DNA from: an uncultured Bacilli bacterium
GTDB lineage: Bacteria; Bacillota_I; Bacilli_A; RF39; UBA660
Length of the DNA stretch: 64,000 nucleotides
Direction of reading: 5' to 3'
Assembly: GCA_947628535.1 (NCBI GenBank)
Contig: CANRAF010000001.1
Location: 268 to 64,267, forward strand
The first letter of the stretch is position 1; each line of letters opens with the position of its first letter. Made by a program: the position numbers and the translations under genes. Under the pieces are notes generated by a model that did no database searches, had not been told where the DNA came from, and saw nothing but the letters and a program-made list of their open reading frames with translations. Positions 61,636 through 64,000 of the stretch are shown here, piece after piece.

Positions 61636-62304
61636 TTAATTTCCTTCAGTATTTGTGAAGAATTCTTCTGGATTAACTAGAATATTTTTATTATATAGTT
61701 CAAAATGTAAATGATTTCCTAAATCGCTACTTATATTATTAGTTCCACTTGTGGCAATTACTTGTCCCTTTTTTACTTCATCTTTTTCTTTTACTTTTAC
61801 ATCTTTTATGCTTTGATATACACTTATCATATTATTATCGTGTTCTATTTTTACTGTAGTACCTACAATATCATCTTCAGATATTGATACAACTTTACCA
61901 TCTTCTATAGCATTTACTTCAAAAACTTCTTTACTTACATAATCTACTCCTTTGTTTTGAATATAAGTGTTTTCATAGTAAATGATTGCATCTTCTTGAC
62001 TATCTTCTTCTGCTTGATAGTCATAATAACTTTTTCCTATCTCTACTCCTTCTGCAGTATATGGTCTTACTATATCAGTGTTACTTTCACTTTCTTCGCT
62101 TTCAGTTGTTTGTTCATCTTCTGCTGATACTGGCATAACATTATCTGTTAGTATTTCATAAGAGACATATCTTAAGTTATCAATTTGTTCATCCTCTGCT
62201 GTTTTTAAAGACTGAGTAACAGCATAACTTACTAAGCATACTAATGCGATTATAGAAATTACTATTCCTTGTAATAAATAATACCTTGAACTTCTTTTTG
62301 TCAT
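61636..62304 (-). CDS. spoIIQ: SpoIIQ-like M23/LytM protein
   Basis: N-terminal TM, degenerate HxxxD (NKGVD), HLHFE, spoIIQ-mbl synteny. Confidence 0.7.
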   Translation of the reverse strand: MTKRSSRYYLLQGIVISIIALVCLVSYAVTQSLKTAEDEQIDNLRYVSYEILTDNVMPVSAEDEQTTESEESESNTDIVRPYTAEGVEIGKSYYDYQAEEDSQEDAIIYYENTYIQNKGVDYVSKEVFEVNAIEDGKVVSISEDDIVGTTVKIEHDNNMISVYQSIKDVKVKEKDEVKKGQVIATSGTNNISSDLGNHLHFELYNKNILVNPEEFFTNTEGN

Positions 62305-62356
62305 ATAAAATCACCTCATTATAAGTTTTAACAAATAATGAGGTTTTATACATATT

Positions 62357-62554
62357 TTAAATAATTTTTGATAGTGATGCACAGTCGTAGATAAAGTTTG
62401 TTACTAAATAAATTAAAGAAATTGCTATAAAGAAGAAAAATAATCTTGCTTTAAATACTTTATTTTTTTTAAATATTTGATTTATATTAACTGCATCAAG
62501 AGAAAATATTACAAGTGGTGTTATTAAAGCATATAAAAGGAATTTAATTAGCAT
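62357..62554 (-). CDS. DUF1146 (YwzB-like) membrane protein
   Basis: INQIFKKNKVFKARL...ISLIYLVTNF. Confidence 0.75.
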   Translation of the reverse strand: MLIKFLLYALITPLVIFSLDAVNINQIFKKNKVFKARLFFFFIAISLIYLVTNFIYDCASLSKII

Positions 62555-62984
62555 TTTCGTATTCTTTTATTTGATTTATTCTTCTTAAATATCTTTCTTC
62601 TTCTAAAGGTTTTTCATTTAAAAAAGTATGAACCATTTCTAAAGCATATTCTTTATCTGTTTTTCCTGAAAAGGCTATAACGTTTGCTCTATTATGTTTT
62701 TTAGCAAGACTTGCTTCTTCTATAGTATTTATTTTAGCACAGTAAGCACCTTTTACTTTATTAACTGCTATAGATATTCCGATACCACTTTTACAGATTG
62801 CTATTCCAATATCTGCTTCTTTTTTGGCTATTTTTTCTCCGAGTAATATTCCATATTTTGGAAAATCCACAAATTCTTCAGAATGAGTTCCTAAATCTAT
62901 TATTTGGTAATCTTTTTGTAATGATTCGATTAAATATTGTTTTAAATTATAACCACCATGATCTGCTGCTAAAGCTATTTTCAT
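62544..62984 (-). CDS. rpiB: ribose-5-phosphate isomerase B
   Basis: ADHGG, ICKSGIGISIAVNK, HNRAN, RYLRR. Confidence 0.9.
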   Translation of the reverse strand: MKIALAADHGGYNLKQYLIESLQKDYQIIDLGTHSEEFVDFPKYGILLGEKIAKKEADIGIAICKSGIGISIAVNKVKGAYCAKINTIEEASLAKKHNRANVIAFSGKTDKEYALEMVHTFLNEKPLEEERYLRRINQIKEYENAN

Positions 62985-63035
62985 TTTATCACCTCTTAAG
63001 TATTATATACTATTTTTTTAATAAAAAAAAGAACC

Positions 63036-63245
63036 TTAGTTCTTCATTCCATATTTTTGTTTGAATTTTTCAACATTTCCTGTCATTTTGGCTGTTCCTT
63101 GTGTTCCAGTATAAAATGGATGACATTTTGAACATATTTCAACATGTATTTCATCATCTTTTGATGTAGACATTGCTTTGAAACTTTCGCCACATAAACA
63201 TTTAAATGTTACTTCTTTTTGTTCTTTATGAATATCTTTTTTCAT
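63036..63245 (-). CDS. rpmE: 50S ribosomal protein L31 (Zn-binding type)
   Basis: MKKDIH, CxC, CSKCHPFYTG. Confidence 0.95.
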   Translation of the reverse strand: MKKDIHKEQKEVTFKCLCGESFKAMSTSKDDEIHVEICSKCHPFYTGTQGTAKMTGNVEKFKQKYGMKN

Positions 63246-63314
63246 ATATGTCGCTCCTTTCGCCATGACTTTTTTTGTCATAGTAATAATAATTCTTTAG
63301 TAGTATAGCAGAAA

Positions 63315-64000
63315 TTAATTAGTTTGGCAAGTTTTTTCTTCAAGTTTTATATCTGCTCCAACATTTGAAAGTTTTTCAATTATTCCTTCATATCCTCTTA
63401 AAATATGTTCAACTTCTTCAACCACTGTTTTTCCTTCTGCTATTAAACCTGCAATTATAAGGGCTGCTCCGGCACGAAGATCTGTTGCTTTTACTGTTTT
63501 TCCTTTTAAATATGTATCCCCTTTTACTATTGCTTTCATTCCTTTTATTTCTATATCTGCACCCATGTCATTTAAGTATTTTACATGCATAAATCTATTT
63601 TCATAGATGGTTTCTTCTATTTGTGATTTACCTTTGCACTGTGTTAATAGAACAGAGAATGGTTGTTGTAAATCAGTTGCAAATCCTGGATAGTAGTATG
63701 TTTTGATATTAACTGGCTTTAAGTTATCGCTTTTTTTGCATATTATACTATCTTCTTCTATTTCAATATTTGCTCCTGCTGCTTCTAATTTTGATGTTAA
63801 TGCTTCGATATGTTCAGGAATTATATTGCTTATTTTAAGTGGATCTCCTAAAAGAGTTCCTAATATAGTATATGTTCCAGCTTCTATTCTATCAGGAATT
63901 ATTTCAGCAAATCCTTTTGTTAATTTTTTTACACCTTTTATTTTTATAACACTTGTTCCAGCACCAACAATTTGTGCTCCCATATTATTTAAGAATGTAG
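63315..64000 (-). CDS. murA: UDP-N-acetylglucosamine 1-carboxyvinyltransferase, 3' part (5' end beyond window)
   Basis: PDRIEAGT, PGFATDLQ, ENRFMH, ATDLRAGA, RGYE. Confidence 0.95.
   Translation of the reverse strand, partial: TFLNNMGAQIVGAGTSVIKIKGVKKLTKGFAEIIPDRIEAGTYTILGTLLGDPLKISNIIPEHIEALTSKLEAAGANIEIEEDSIICKKSDNLKPVNIKTYYYPGFATDLQQPFSVLLTQCKGKSQIEETIYENRFMHVKYLNDMGADIEIKGMKAIVKGDTYLKGKTVKATDLRAGAALIIAGLIAEGKTVVEEVEHILRGYEGIIEKLSNVGADIKLEEKTCQTN

Overview
A 64 kb, very AT-rich chromosomal segment of a walled, apparently spore-forming low-GC Bacilli-type bacterium. It resembles the uncultured gut RF39-like lineages, but that assignment is inference. Almost all genes lie on the minus strand. 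The backbone is housekeeping: the 5' end of a 16S rRNA gene, cdaA-cdaR, glyA, rpsP-khpA, miaB, purA, infC-rpmI-rplT-rpsB-tsf, secG-rnr-smpB, rpsL-rpsG-fusA-tuf, valS, uvrA/uvrB, lgt, trxB, hpf, tagO, mbl, rpiB, rpmE, partial murA, tmRNA and two tRNAs. Sporulation genes (ydcC-like, yuzA, a Coat F-like pair, cotE, spoIIQ-like) are scattered through it, some with sporulation-sigma-like promoters. Three things stand out. (1) A 1558-bp cassette occurs twice as a direct repeat around tmRNA plus tRNA-Thr. It encodes a membrane protein, an unannotated 30-aa peptide, an AgrB-like His/Cys peptidase and a sigma-region-4-like HTH protein, which suggests a non-canonical, leaderless Agr-type peptide system with no kinase or response regulator. 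(2) Four G9-G11 tracts each sit at the switch position of a surface or exported protein gene (three in promoter spacers, one in the first codons of a 2426-aa protein), consistent with phase variation. (3) Adjacent ribosomal proteins L20 and S2 both carry a related C-terminal Rho-N-like tail. All domain calls are from motif recognition only; no searches were run.
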